Shown here: positions 29,690-40,024 of the stretch, piece after piece
How the letters are laid out: each line of letters begins with the position of its first letter
Numbering within the stretch: position 1 is the first letter of the stretch
Assembly: GCA_947494155.1 (NCBI GenBank)
Contig: CANLTW010000001.1
Span: 96,001-160,000 of the forward strand
Length of the DNA stretch: 64,000 nt
Direction: 5' to 3'
Source of the DNA: Chlamydiota bacterium
GTDB taxonomy: Bacteria > Chlamydiota > Chlamydiia > Chlamydiales > RGXB01
Notes under the pieces: generated by a model
Seen by the model: the letters and a program-made list of their open reading frames with translations, nothing else
The model's database searches: none
What the model was told of the DNA's origin: nothing
Translations under genes and position numbers: made by a program

Positions 29690-30915
29690 GAAAGGGCCTT
29701 TTGGTCTGTCTGTACAGTTTGAGGTCTCAGCATCACCAAACTTCCGGCTATTGATAGCACCATCCCGTAAAAAATCGCCACATTAGGTTCAAATAGCTCG
29801 GTTAGCAAACCACCAAGCAAGGGCATCACCAAGCCTCGCAATCCCACCATGAAAACATTCACCATCGTATAGCGACTGCTATCCCCCTCCTGGGAAAAAT
29901 AGGGGCCCGAAAGGTTCCACAATAAATGGCTCCCTGCCTGCGCTATACCGTATACGAAATAGGCTCCAAAAAGAAATAGGACTCCCCATTTAAGAAAAAA
30001 AAGCAACCCTAGAAAAAAAGTGACAAAGATAAAGACTACACCCGATAAAAGTTCGTACCGGTACTTTTTCATAAAAAAGCCCCACAGTGGTGTCGCTAGA
30101 ATCATCCCCACCTCTTTTATAGCGCAATTAGAGGTGAATAGGGTGGTAAACTTAAACCCTAAGTTGGTCAATAAAACAGCAATCGCGGGCATAGCCAGCA
30201 TCAGCCCACCCCCGCAGAGAAAATATCCCAGCTGAAAACGGACAAACTGCCGATTATTTTTTAATAGATCCCAGCCTGTACGAATCGGCTCTAAAAAAGT
30301 GAATCTCTTTTTACTCCCCTCTTCCGTCCTTTCTAATGGGTTAATCTCTAGCCTGCTTTGGAAGATAAGCCCCACTAACCCTATCAGTGCATAGGCAGGA
30401 AATAAATAAATCCAACCCGATGCCATGTTTTCCACTATCCACCCTGTAAAAAAAGCAAGCCCTATCCCCTCTATGTATCCGGCTGTAGAAGCAAAAGAAA
30501 AACTTGACTCGCGACTCTTTTTGTCCAAATTACGGCGAATGATCTCTATAAGTGCCGGCGCCTCTGCTCTGTAAAAAAGGGTGAAAATTGCAGAGCTAAA
30601 AATTAAATACCCTATGTTAGGAAAAAGGGGGACAAAAAGAAAAGGGGTAAGAGACAAAGCATGGGCGCACATGAGATTAAAACGGAGAGATTTTGGATCC
30701 TCATGAATGAATGTTCCCCAGTAAAAAGATAAGAAACTGATCAGGGGGCGCAACATCATCAGGACCGAAATCTGCATCGCAGAGGCCTTAAGATAATTAC
30801 ATAAAATGAGCCCTAAAACCGAGTGGATCGATAAAAAGGGCTCTATAAGTAGGCAGTGGTAAAGGAGGGTCTTTTTAGTTTGTCGAGCGACCTCCTCTTT
30901 AAAGAGCGTGCTCAG
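29686..30915 (-). CDS. MFS transporter, probable CTG start at 30915
   Basis: multiple TM helices; frame open 46 codons upstream of ATG 30777, adding one hydrophobic helix; AAGGGG 7 nt before CTG. Confidence 0.8.
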   Translation of the reverse strand: MSTLFKEEVARQTKKTLLYHCLLIEPFLSIHSVLGLILCNYLKASAMQISVLMMLRPLISFLSFYWGTFIHEDPKSLRFNLMCAHALSLTPFLFVPLFPNIGYLIFSSAIFTLFYRAEAPALIEIIRRNLDKKSRESSFSFASTAGYIEGIGLAFFTGWIVENMASGWIYLFPAYALIGLVGLIFQSRLEINPLERTEEGSKKRFTFLEPIRTGWDLLKNNRQFVRFQLGYFLCGGGLMLAMPAIAVLLTNLGFKFTTLFTSNCAIKEVGMILATPLWGFFMKKYRYELLSGVVFIFVTFFLGLLFFLKWGVLFLFGAYFVYGIAQAGSHLLWNLSGPYFSQEGDSSRYTMVNVFMVGLRGLVMPLLGGLLTELFEPNVAIFYGMVLSIAGSLVMLRPQTVQTDQKALS

Positions 30916-33313
30916 TCACTTTCCCCTTTTCATCTACTGTTTTTTTAAGCACTAAGACATCGTTATCGAAGCGCTGCTCCAAACGGAGCTTCCCTTCATT
31001 GGTGTATTTATTGAAAAATCCCGATTTTTTTCCTTTGTCATACTCCCCCTCAAAGATTTTGATCCCCTCTTCAGAGTAGCTGACGCTGACCCCGTCAAGA
31101 ATCCCCTCTTTGTAAAAACAGCGGTTATACAAAGTGCCTGTTGGGTAGAACTCCTCGTGCGTCCCTTCAAGCTGATCGCATTTATAGTAGGATTTTTTCG
31201 CGATAATCCCCGACGGGAAGTATTGGACTAGCCGCCCCTCTTTTTTATCATTAGCATACTCCACAGTCATCAATACCTTCCCATGTTCCCCATACAAAGC
31301 GCTTAACCCCTCTTTTTTCCCCGCTTTATAGGTTGTCATGGCCACAAGATCTCCGTAGACATTGTATTCGCGCAACTCTCCATCAATCTTGGAATTTTTA
31401 AAAGTGCCCTCAACTGCACGCATTTTGATACCGTCCGGGGCATCTTTATGGTACACAAGATAGGGACCCTCTTTTTTATTTTCCACGTAGTGTAAAACGG
31501 TCTCTCTTCCCTCAGCATCTACAGAAAGATACGGACCATGCAGTTTCCCGTTTTCAAACCAGGCCTCCTCTATCTTACGCCCTTCAGCATCAAAAAGAAC
31601 CTTCAGCCCCTGTAAAACACCTGCGTCATAGTTGATAACACTAGCCATGATTCCATTCGGATGATAGGTTCTCTGTTCCCCATGGTAGACCCCCTCGGAA
31701 TCAAAACGGACAAGTCTGTGGACAAGAGGTTCTGCATTAAGGTCCACTTTTTCATAAAATTCTTTGTGCTCCCCAATCGGTTTGCCCTCCAAGAATTCTC
31801 TTTGAAACTTTACAGAACCATCCTGATAGAAACCTTTGAAAGTACCCTCATTTTTCCCCTCTTTGTAAAACCCGATTACGGAGGGTTTGCCATTCGGGTA
31901 AAACTCTTTATACTCTCCCACCAACTTATCCTCAGAGTAGACTACATCCATAAGCACCTGCCCGTTGTCAGCATACTGCTTGCAATTGCCACTCTTTTTC
32001 CCCTCAATATAGGTGATGTCCTGTTTTAGCTTTCCCCCCTCAAACCAACAGAGCCAGCGCCCGTGCGGCACGTCAGCTTTAAATTCGATATCGGCAATCT
32101 TATCCCCTTTCTCATTGAATTCGACATGACGCCCCTCTTTTTTCCCCTCATGGAAAAATCCTTGCGTATGGAGCTTCCCATTTTCAAAAAAGGTCTTAAG
32201 CTCAGCATCGGGTTTTCCGTATTTGTAGGATCCAACGATGCGCAAATTCCCGTTAGGGTACCAGGACTCGTACGGGCCATCGAACATATTTTGTGAGCGG
32301 CGAAATTTCCCAATGAGCTGCCCCTTGTCGGTATATTCATGGATAAAGCCCACAATAACTCCGTTATCATCGTAATCGGCAACAAAAGCTATTTGCCCAT
32401 TTTCATGTTTGAGATAGTGGTGACCATAGGGTACCCCCTCTCTAAACTGCGCCTCTCCAATCACCTTCCCATCAGAAGAGCGGGTCGTAATTTGCCCATC
32501 GATTTTCCCCTCTTTGAAGAAAATCCTTTGTCGCTCTTTCCCATTAGTATGGTATTGAATATGAAAATTGGTTGGGACCCCCTTTTGGAACTCCTGTATC
32601 TCCTTGATCCCTTTTTGCTCATGATAGATCACAACCGCCGGATTAGAGGCATCATTTTCTAAAAGATCCTCTGCATAGTGCAAAACGGCAGCCATCACCC
32701 CATTTTCGTACCACGAGGTCTCTTTCCCCTCTTTTTTTCCACTCTTCCATTGAATTGTTTTTGCTTTTCGTCCAGAAGGGTAGTACTGGATTGTCTCCCC
32801 CTCCTTTTTTCCTAAGACGAAATTGGATTCATCCAGCTTCGAACCATCTTCGAAGTATTGGGTAAAAGGCCCCTCTTCAAAACCATTTTTATACTCCCCC
32901 TCGAGTCTCACAGATCCGTTTGGAAATAGAACGCGCATTTTCCCATGTGCTTTTCCAAGTTCGTAGTGCATTATTGAATGAAGGTGCCCCTCTCTATCGA
33001 CTTGGACTTTGACTCCATGATAAACCGGTTTATGGTCAATCTCGGTTAAATCGGCCTCTTCACAGATTTGCCCATTTTCGAAGTAACTAATCTCTTTAAC
33101 GGCGATATCATCCTCAAAAAAACGGATTTTTGCGATCTGACCGCTAGGATGAGTAGCAAGAATAGTGTTCGTCCATTCAGGGTGTCGAGGTTTAAGAAGT
33201 ATCTGCTCTTGACGCGGCTTTTGGGACTGACCCAAAGTTTTGGGGGGCAAAGCGTGCATAACACCTGTGGTAAATGCTAAGTGCAAAATGAAAGCCCAAG
33301 AAAATCTGTCCAT
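30899..33313 (-). CDS. exported MORN-variant repeat protein (YwqK-like repeats)
   Basis: many Y/F-x-x-G(K)xxG-YYxNG repeats; signal peptide after ATG 33313, GAGG upstream. Confidence 0.85.
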   Translation of the reverse strand: MDRFSWAFILHLAFTTGVMHALPPKTLGQSQKPRQEQILLKPRHPEWTNTILATHPSGQIAKIRFFEDDIAVKEISYFENGQICEEADLTEIDHKPVYHGVKVQVDREGHLHSIMHYELGKAHGKMRVLFPNGSVRLEGEYKNGFEEGPFTQYFEDGSKLDESNFVLGKKEGETIQYYPSGRKAKTIQWKSGKKEGKETSWYENGVMAAVLHYAEDLLENDASNPAVVIYHEQKGIKEIQEFQKGVPTNFHIQYHTNGKERQRIFFKEGKIDGQITTRSSDGKVIGEAQFREGVPYGHHYLKHENGQIAFVADYDDNGVIVGFIHEYTDKGQLIGKFRRSQNMFDGPYESWYPNGNLRIVGSYKYGKPDAELKTFFENGKLHTQGFFHEGKKEGRHVEFNEKGDKIADIEFKADVPHGRWLCWFEGGKLKQDITYIEGKKSGNCKQYADNGQVLMDVVYSEDKLVGEYKEFYPNGKPSVIGFYKEGKNEGTFKGFYQDGSVKFQREFLEGKPIGEHKEFYEKVDLNAEPLVHRLVRFDSEGVYHGEQRTYHPNGIMASVINYDAGVLQGLKVLFDAEGRKIEEAWFENGKLHGPYLSVDAEGRETVLHYVENKKEGPYLVYHKDAPDGIKMRAVEGTFKNSKIDGELREYNVYGDLVAMTTYKAGKKEGLSALYGEHGKVLMTVEYANDKKEGRLVQYFPSGIIAKKSYYKCDQLEGTHEEFYPTGTLYNRCFYKEGILDGVSVSYSEEGIKIFEGEYDKGKKSGFFNKYTNEGKLRLEQRFDNDVLVLKKTVDEKGKVTEHAL

Positions 33314-33382
33314 GACGCCTCGAATCTTTGGTAAAATTGATCCGTTATTGTAATGAAGTGTCTGTTTTTGGCGCAATAGCTG

Positions 33383-34189
33383 TTACAACCTGTCTGGCTC
33401 TAGTAATCCCTCATAGGTAATTTGAAAAAGCTCTTGATGGATGATTTTTTCTAACCTGTATCGAAATACTGCATCCCCCTCGAGCTTGACCTGGAAAAGG
33501 AAGATCCCCTCATCCATCTGTTTTAGAACTTTCAAAGGGCGATGAAATTTATTTTCAAATCGATGCAAAAGGTGCCTCGTAATAGAGATATTTTGGGCAT
33601 CGAAAAATTGGGCAAGGGTTTGATTTTGCTCAAAGATATTTTTAGAGGCCCCCTCGACCAAGGAACTCTTATTTTTGAGGAGCAATTGCGCAAGATCTTT
33701 CGATAAAATCGTACATGCCCCCTCAAAAAAAAGGGGGGGGTTCTTGTCGAGTGGAGACAATTCTTGGTCTATAGAGGCTGTTTTTTGCAACGGGAGGTAA
33801 CTTAAAAATTTTAAAAGATCGGGAAAGACTAAAAAAGAGGAATGGCTGGGACAAATGATAAAATCATAAAGATCGAGCTGTGGACTAAAAACCTCTACTG
33901 CATCTAGGAGTTTACAGAGGGGTGTTCGGGATGTGGTTTGGGGTTTTTTTAGCCAAAGAACATCTTTTTCAAAAGAATACCATGGTAGATTTGGATGGGA
34001 TTTTACAAACCAGCACGTAAAATTATCGGGATACCTATGCATATAGCGACGCCAGGAGGTGGTATAGGCTTTATCCACGAGATCCTGATCTAAAACATCG
34101 ATAAGGACGAGATTTTTTTTAGTCCGTGCGCACTCATAAGCACACAGGGGCAAAACCAGCAGTAAGAAAATTGATCCAAGGGGTATCAT
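33383..34189 (-). CDS. exported hypothetical protein, possibly a degenerate galactosyltransferase (GT31-like) fold
   Basis: signal peptide; W-RYM, YDFII-SSF, F-G-ILSKDL pattern; no clear DxD. Confidence 0.5.
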   Translation of the reverse strand: MIPLGSIFLLLVLPLCAYECARTKKNLVLIDVLDQDLVDKAYTTSWRRYMHRYPDNFTCWFVKSHPNLPWYSFEKDVLWLKKPQTTSRTPLCKLLDAVEVFSPQLDLYDFIICPSHSSFLVFPDLLKFLSYLPLQKTASIDQELSPLDKNPPLFFEGACTILSKDLAQLLLKNKSSLVEGASKNIFEQNQTLAQFFDAQNISITRHLLHRFENKFHRPLKVLKQMDEGIFLFQVKLEGDAVFRYRLEKIIHQELFQITYEGLLEPDRL

Positions 34190-34560
34190 GAGGGGTGCTC
34201 TTCTAAAATTTTTGGCTTACCATCTTTTGCAAAAAGGACCTTTTTCTCTTTTATTTTTGCTGCAATCACAAACTTTTTACCACGAAAAAAACCGGGCTTT
34301 AGCCCTTCAATATTTTCCAAATCGACATATGTTTGCCCATTTTTTTGGATAAAATCGACTACAAATGGGGTCGATTCGAGTTTTGCGTACTCTGAGAGCA
34401 AAGAAAAAATTAAACTATGCTCTTCTTTGGCGCAGGCTTCCCGGTAAAGCCTCCAGTAGCTAAAACCTTTCGTGGAAACGACCCCCATCAAGGTACCAAG
34501 CAGAACCATCACAATCAACATCTCAAAAAGAGAAAAAGCTCTCCGTCTTTTAGGATTCAT
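34186..34560 (-). CDS. type II secretion minor pseudopilin
   Basis: RRRA/FSLFEML prepilin-like N-terminus. Confidence 0.8.
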   Translation of the reverse strand: MNPKRRRAFSLFEMLIVMVLLGTLMGVVSTKGFSYWRLYREACAKEEHSLIFSLLSEYAKLESTPFVVDFIQKNGQTYVDLENIEGLKPGFFRGKKFVIAAKIKEKKVLFAKDGKPKILEEHPS

Positions 34561-34569
34561 TCCTTAAAG

Positions 34570-35001
34570 TTAGCCTATTTTAGCTGGTGGAAACATCCAG
34601 GAGTATTTTTCTTTCAGGTCTTCATCAGAGATGTTTTTTTGTTTTTGGACGTAGGATAAAAATTTTTCGGAGCGGACAAAAACCTCGTCTTCTTGCGACA
34701 CCTCAATACGGTAAGGCACACCCCAGCCATCTTTGAGCATCGATTTGGGATCTTTGAACATTTTTGCGTTTTTTAGAACAAGCTCAGGCTCCTTTTGAAT
34801 AGATTCTGGATCGACCCCCATAGCAATCTGCATGGAAAAAATCTCCTGAATTTGTTGGGATGCTTGTTCGGTTTTAAAAGCTTTCCCCTCCTCAAGGCTC
34901 CCCTTCATATTGAACATAAACAGACCCGAAATTAGCCCTAAAATCAGCATAACAATCATGATCTCGATCAACGTAAGCGCTTTTTTTCCTTTCTTTTTCA
35001 C
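34570..35001 (-). CDS. gspG: type II secretion pseudopilin GspG
   Basis: KKA/LTLIEIMIV, KDGWGVPY motif. Confidence 0.85.
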   Translation of the reverse strand: MKKKGKKALTLIEIMIVMLILGLISGLFMFNMKGSLEEGKAFKTEQASQQIQEIFSMQIAMGVDPESIQKEPELVLKNAKMFKDPKSMLKDGWGVPYRIEVSQEDEVFVRSEKFLSYVQKQKNISDEDLKEKYSWMFPPAKIG

Positions 35002-36185
35002 GATGCCTCCATAAAAGATCTGATATCCGTCATTGGTAAAAGGGTACCTATCATAATCAATCCAACAATAAATCCGATAAAAATGATTAAAAAAGGTTGC
35101 AGAACTCCCACCATTTTTTTTAGAGAGGACTCAACATTCTGCTCGTAAAGCTCTCCAGCTTGAAATAAAACAGTTTTTAATTCTCCACTTTTTTCGGCCG
35201 TTTCTAACATGCGACAGAAAAGTGGAGAAATCAAAGGGGACTCCCTGAATGAGACCGAAATTGCATTCCCCTGATGGATAAGGAAAAGGGCTTTATCGAT
35301 TGTTTGAACAAAAAAACGGTTTTCCATGACCCCTTTGCAGAGCTCTAGAGCCTCTACTAAGGGTACATTAGCTGCTATAAGGGCATAAAGGGCGCGACAA
35401 AAACGGGCCATGAGGAGCTCTTTAAGAAAAGTCGATAACACAGGGATTTTTAGCACCGTTTCCCCTAAAAAAATGGAGACTCTCTCCATTTTTAAAAAAA
35501 AGCGCACTAAAAAAGGGGTCACTAAAAAAAAGGCCCCAAACAACAACCCATTTTCGGTGAAAATTTCTGAAGATTTCAATATCGCTCGCGTAAGAAGAGG
35601 GAGATTTTTTTCAGAAAAGAGCTCTTTGAGGGAGGGGACAAGAAAAGTCAGTAGGACAACTAAAATTAGTAATGCCAAAGAGAGCAAAAAAGCGGGATAG
35701 CTTACTGCAGAGAGGACTTGCTTTTTAAGGGCCTCTTTTTTTTTCAGCATCTCGGTAATTTCTTTTACCGTAACAGCTATTTGGCCGGAGGTCTCTGCCA
35801 TGCGGATCATCCCCACGATCACCGGATCGAACGCCTGGTTGGCTTCTTCCATCGACGAGGAGAAGCTTTTACCCCTTTTAAGGGATTCTTTTAGCCCTAA
35901 AAAAAGGGGGTACTGTTTCGTCCCCTCAAATTTTTGCTGTATAAGATCCAAAGCATCAAAAAGGACGATCCCTGCTTGCAAAAGCTGATACAAATCCTGA
36001 AAAAAAAGGATTGTTTCATGAAGACTCAGAAGCTCTTTTTTTGCACCCTTTTGGGGCAGAATTTCTGTAAACCAGATCTCCTCTTTGATCAAAAGCTCTT
36101 TTGCCCCCTCAAGCGAGTCTGCCCAAATCTCTTTTTTTAGTAGAGCACCGGAGGCATCCATCCCTTTATAGATAAAGATAGGCAT
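34998..36185 (-). CDS. gspF: type II secretion inner membrane protein GspF
   Basis: LLQAGI-DAL, AETSG, SYP, AEKSGEL, LQP. Confidence 0.93.
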   Translation of the reverse strand: MPIFIYKGMDASGALLKKEIWADSLEGAKELLIKEEIWFTEILPQKGAKKELLSLHETILFFQDLYQLLQAGIVLFDALDLIQQKFEGTKQYPLFLGLKESLKRGKSFSSSMEEANQAFDPVIVGMIRMAETSGQIAVTVKEITEMLKKKEALKKQVLSAVSYPAFLLSLALLILVVLLTFLVPSLKELFSEKNLPLLTRAILKSSEIFTENGLLFGAFFLVTPFLVRFFLKMERVSIFLGETVLKIPVLSTFLKELLMARFCRALYALIAANVPLVEALELCKGVMENRFFVQTIDKALFLIHQGNAISVSFRESPLISPLFCRMLETAEKSGELKTVLFQAGELYEQNVESSLKKMVGVLQPFLIIFIGFIVGLIMIGTLLPMTDIRSFMEAS

Positions 36186-36186
36186 A

Positions 36187-37719
36187 CTACACTGCCCCTT
36201 TACCTGTTACCCGCACAATCTCTTCGACTGTAGTGATCCCATTTAAAACTAGTCTAATCCCCTGTTCGCGCAAAGAGATGAATCCCTGATTTTTTGCAAA
36301 CGCCGCCCTTTTCACAGGATCCTGCTCTTCATGGTACACTGAGCGCATCGAGGGTGTCATTACAAGTAGCTCATAAATTCCCATCCGCCCTTTATATCCG
36401 AGCTCAAAGCATTGGGGGCATCCACGGGCACGATAGAGAGACGGCCTATCCCCCTCAAGACCAAGATCTTTACACTCCTCATCACTGGGAGAGTAGCGCT
36501 CTTTGCAGGAATGGCAAATCACACGCACCAGGCGTTGGGCTAGCACCCCGATAAGAGAGGATGAGATCAAAAAAGGTTCTATACCCATATCAATGAGTCG
36601 GGTTGGGGCGCTCAATGCATCGTTTGTGTGTAATGTGGACAATACCAGATGCCCAGTTAAAGAGGCCTGAATCGCAATCTCTGCTGTCTCTTTATCCCGA
36701 ATCTCTCCCACCATGATCACATCTGGATCCTGTCTTAAAATGTGTCTTAAGCCTGTGCTAAAGGTGAGATGTATCTTGGAGTTGACCCCGATCTGCGCCA
36801 TATGGGGCAACTTGTATTCCACCGGATCTTCAATCGTCATGATGTTGATTTGAGAGGAGTCCAATTCTTTCAAAGCGCTATATAAAGTTGTTGTTTTCCC
36901 ACTTCCCGTTGGACCGGTAACAAGAAGAATCCCCTGCGTTTTGGTTAAAAGGGTTTTTAGCTTTTCTAACAGCCCCTTTTCTAATCCAATCGCATCCAAC
37001 CCCAAATGGATATTTTTTTTATCCAATATCCTTAAAACAACCCTCTCCCCAAAAACGACCGGAACAGTCGACACGCGGAAATCGATCTGCCGCTCCCCTA
37101 GAGCGAGCTTCATCCTTCCGTCTTGGGGTAACCTGGACTCTGCAATGTCCAGCTTAGCCAAAACTTTCAAGCGTGTGATCAGCTCATTTTGCTGGGAACG
37201 CACCACGGTTTTTTTTTCGTGCAAAACACCATCAATTCGATAGCGCACAAGAAGAAAATTTTCCTGCGGCTCAAAATGGATATCGGACGCTTTTTGGCTA
37301 ATGGCCTCTAGAAGGATACGATCACATAAGTGGATCACCCCATTTTCTAAGCGCTCTTCCAAAAGATCATAATGCTCGACCGAGATCTCCTGCTGCGCTT
37401 GGGGGCTGTCCAACATCCTTGGACTATTTTTATGATAGCATAGCTCAATCGCCTGCTCGATCTCCTCCAGAGATTTTTGAACGGGGACAATCCGTTTTTT
37501 TGTCTTGAATCTAAGATCTTCAAGCGCTTCAAAGCAGAAAGGATCGTGAACCGCTACCTCGATTTTTTCCCCATTTTCAAAAAAGGGGATACACCGGTGT
37601 TTTTTTGCAAAAGCATAGGGAACTATCTGCGTCCCCTCGATCAAAAATCTGGATTGCAACCAATGGGTATTTTTTTCTAGCTCAAGCTCAGTAGCGGCAA
37701 GAGGGGTCTTTGTAGTCAT
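36187..37719 (-). CDS. gspE: type II secretion ATPase GspE
   Basis: ASDIHFEP, GPTGSGKTTTLY, TIEDPVEY, LRQDPD, GHLVLSTLHTN, CxxC pairs. Confidence 0.96.
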   Translation of the reverse strand: MTTKTPLAATELELEKNTHWLQSRFLIEGTQIVPYAFAKKHRCIPFFENGEKIEVAVHDPFCFEALEDLRFKTKKRIVPVQKSLEEIEQAIELCYHKNSPRMLDSPQAQQEISVEHYDLLEERLENGVIHLCDRILLEAISQKASDIHFEPQENFLLVRYRIDGVLHEKKTVVRSQQNELITRLKVLAKLDIAESRLPQDGRMKLALGERQIDFRVSTVPVVFGERVVLRILDKKNIHLGLDAIGLEKGLLEKLKTLLTKTQGILLVTGPTGSGKTTTLYSALKELDSSQINIMTIEDPVEYKLPHMAQIGVNSKIHLTFSTGLRHILRQDPDVIMVGEIRDKETAEIAIQASLTGHLVLSTLHTNDALSAPTRLIDMGIEPFLISSSLIGVLAQRLVRVICHSCKERYSPSDEECKDLGLEGDRPSLYRARGCPQCFELGYKGRMGIYELLVMTPSMRSVYHEEQDPVKRAAFAKNQGFISLREQGIRLVLNGITTVEEIVRVTGKGAV

Positions 37720-40024
37720 GGGTATTACCGGTCAAAAGCTTCATGCTTTGCTCGAAAAGCTTCCTTTTTTGTTTCATTTTTGCCTCTTTGCGACACTCAA
37801 GAAACGGAGGCAAATCTCCAGGTCTGCGGCAAAGCTCCTCTTGTCTGATCGCCTCTAAATCCGCATGGGTACTTTTTATTACTCTAGGGGTAATGAATAT
37901 GTACATATCGGTTAGTTGATCGGTCATTTGGGAGGCACCAAAAACTTTTGCTAAACCGGGGATCTCCCCCAAAAAAGGAAGCTTTTCTGTTTTATCAAGG
38001 GAATCTTTCCGTTTTAGCCCTCCCATGATGATCGTCTCCCCATCCAAAACCCGCACCTGGTTGATCACATGACGGCGATTGACATCGGGTTTGAAGGCTA
38101 TGTCATTTTTAATCGTATCAAACGTTACATCGGCATCAATAGTGATGTAGTTTCGTCGTTGGTCATCATCAGGCTCTGGTTCATGAACGGTAGGGGTCAT
38201 GACAAGAGTCACACCATACTGTGCCCGGGAGTAGGAGTCCTGGTATGAGATAGATCCGCCTGTGTTGTTTACTGCGGCGGCTCCATTGTTGATCGAAATC
38301 TCCTCAACGATAGCAATTGTTGCCGGCGTTTGGTTTATAGTGGTTACCGTAGGAGAGGAGTGGATCCGAATGTCCTCTTGATTCATCAAAAAATTATACG
38401 TTAGATCAAATGCGGGAAAGGCTTTGGATCTTGGGCGACTAAAGAAAAATTCGAGAATTCCCCTGTTGGGTTGTGCAGGCTGGTTCAAGAAATCCAGCCC
38501 ACCTGCAACTTGGCTTAAGGCATTTGTGCCGATCCTTAAGAGGTTGAGCCCCGAATTAGTCTGCATGTTGGTCCGCTTTTCACACAAAATCACCTCAAAA
38601 TGAACCATTTTTTTAGGCACATCGAGCATTTTCAAAAGATCTTTGATCCGATCCAACGTATCTTTGCGTACAACCATCATGATCCCCCCGGCTTTTCCAT
38701 AAGGGATGAAATTTTTCAGTTTTACCGTTTTCACCGGCCCTTGTGGATCGGGGGTTTGGACTTTTGGGGGGTTCACCAGCCCTCTAACTGCAGGATCAAT
38801 CGTATTATAAGCCCCCGGTGTTGGCTCATTGAGGAGAATCTCTTTTGAGGCTTGTTGCTCTTTTGTCTCTTTTTTATCAGCAGACTCCAAACCAAACTTC
38901 ATTAAAGAGGCGTAAACCTGCTCTAAAATCTCAGAGATATCATTCGGATCGCTGTGTCGGCAAACGTACCAGAAAACGGTCATTTCGGAGGGGTCGATTA
39001 ACTGATCCTCGGTTTGTTTCACGATTTCCATCGCCCGTTCGACGAGTTTTTTTGGCCCAACAAGGACAATCCCCGACTCTTGCACAAGCGGCAGAACAGA
39101 TAATTCGGTCGGATTTTTCCCCATCATACTCATATTTTCGGCAAGGCCGCCAAAAAAGGCCTTGAGGATATTCTTCATTTCCTCCGGCGAGAGCTTTTGT
39201 AGCGACATGACTCTCGTGATCCGTTCCGCCTCGTCATCAAAGGCTCCGTCATACATCTCTACAAGGCGCATAACATCCTCTTTTGTCCCCACAAGAGCAA
39301 TTTTAGCCCCAATCTGGTAGACAAATGTCCGTTTTGTATCCCGAAAGCGATCAAAGAAAAAGAAAGTGTTTTTGATATTTTCTACAGGCGCCTCAAAAAG
39401 ATGCATCACCCGGCTGGCGGGGGGAACAACGGCCAGATGCTCTTTTTTATAAGTGATGCGATTGCAGGTGATGAGATCTTGTTTTAAAAGAAAAAGCTGT
39501 CTTGCAAAAGGGTTAATCTCAATTACCCCGACTCCGTTGTATTGCAAAATAAGATCGATCATCTCCTGCCAGGAATCCCTAGGTATCGCAATCGCCGATT
39601 GCATCGAGATTTTTATAGTGGAGACCTCTTGAGGTAGAATATAGAGGAAATCTTTGGAGCCGTACTCGCTTATGAGTTGCCCAATGGTGGTCTCCTCCTG
39701 GTCAAAAAGGGCAAATTCCTCTTTTTTGGGGGCAAAAAGGTAGGAAAATCGACTCTTCCAATCTTTTTGTTTCTCCTCGAGGGCTTGTTTCTTTTCGTTG
39801 ATTCGCCCCAATAAATCTTGATACTCGTCTAACTGGGCATTAGCAGAAACCAAAGAACCGGCTTGTAAATAGAGTTCATCGATCTCTTTTCTCAATAAAG
39901 TGAGATCACTTTGCATTTGGGGAAGAATCTGCTTTTTTTCTTCCGCTAAAACTGGCCTCTCTTTTGCACATAGAGAGCTAAGTGTTAAACACACCCCAAA
40001 AGCTGAGAGGGCAAAAAATCTCAT
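37688..40024 (-). CDS. gspD: type II secretion secretin GspD
   Basis: secretin C-terminus VRVLDGETIIMGGL, KLPFLGEIPGL, IFITPRVI. Confidence 0.93.
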   Translation of the reverse strand: MRFFALSAFGVCLTLSSLCAKERPVLAEEKKQILPQMQSDLTLLRKEIDELYLQAGSLVSANAQLDEYQDLLGRINEKKQALEEKQKDWKSRFSYLFAPKKEEFALFDQEETTIGQLISEYGSKDFLYILPQEVSTIKISMQSAIAIPRDSWQEMIDLILQYNGVGVIEINPFARQLFLLKQDLITCNRITYKKEHLAVVPPASRVMHLFEAPVENIKNTFFFFDRFRDTKRTFVYQIGAKIALVGTKEDVMRLVEMYDGAFDDEAERITRVMSLQKLSPEEMKNILKAFFGGLAENMSMMGKNPTELSVLPLVQESGIVLVGPKKLVERAMEIVKQTEDQLIDPSEMTVFWYVCRHSDPNDISEILEQVYASLMKFGLESADKKETKEQQASKEILLNEPTPGAYNTIDPAVRGLVNPPKVQTPDPQGPVKTVKLKNFIPYGKAGGIMMVVRKDTLDRIKDLLKMLDVPKKMVHFEVILCEKRTNMQTNSGLNLLRIGTNALSQVAGGLDFLNQPAQPNRGILEFFFSRPRSKAFPAFDLTYNFLMNQEDIRIHSSPTVTTINQTPATIAIVEEISINNGAAAVNNTGGSISYQDSYSRAQYGVTLVMTPTVHEPEPDDDQRRNYITIDADVTFDTIKNDIAFKPDVNRRHVINQVRVLDGETIIMGGLKRKDSLDKTEKLPFLGEIPGLAKVFGASQMTDQLTDMYIFITPRVIKSTHADLEAIRQEELCRRPGDLPPFLECRKEAKMKQKRKLFEQSMKLLTGNTHDYKDPSCRY

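Noticed and set aside
30899..33313. Toxin-antitoxin module suggested by YwqK-like repeats
   Set aside because: No neighbouring toxin; the protein is long, has a signal peptide, and the repeats are generic MORN variants
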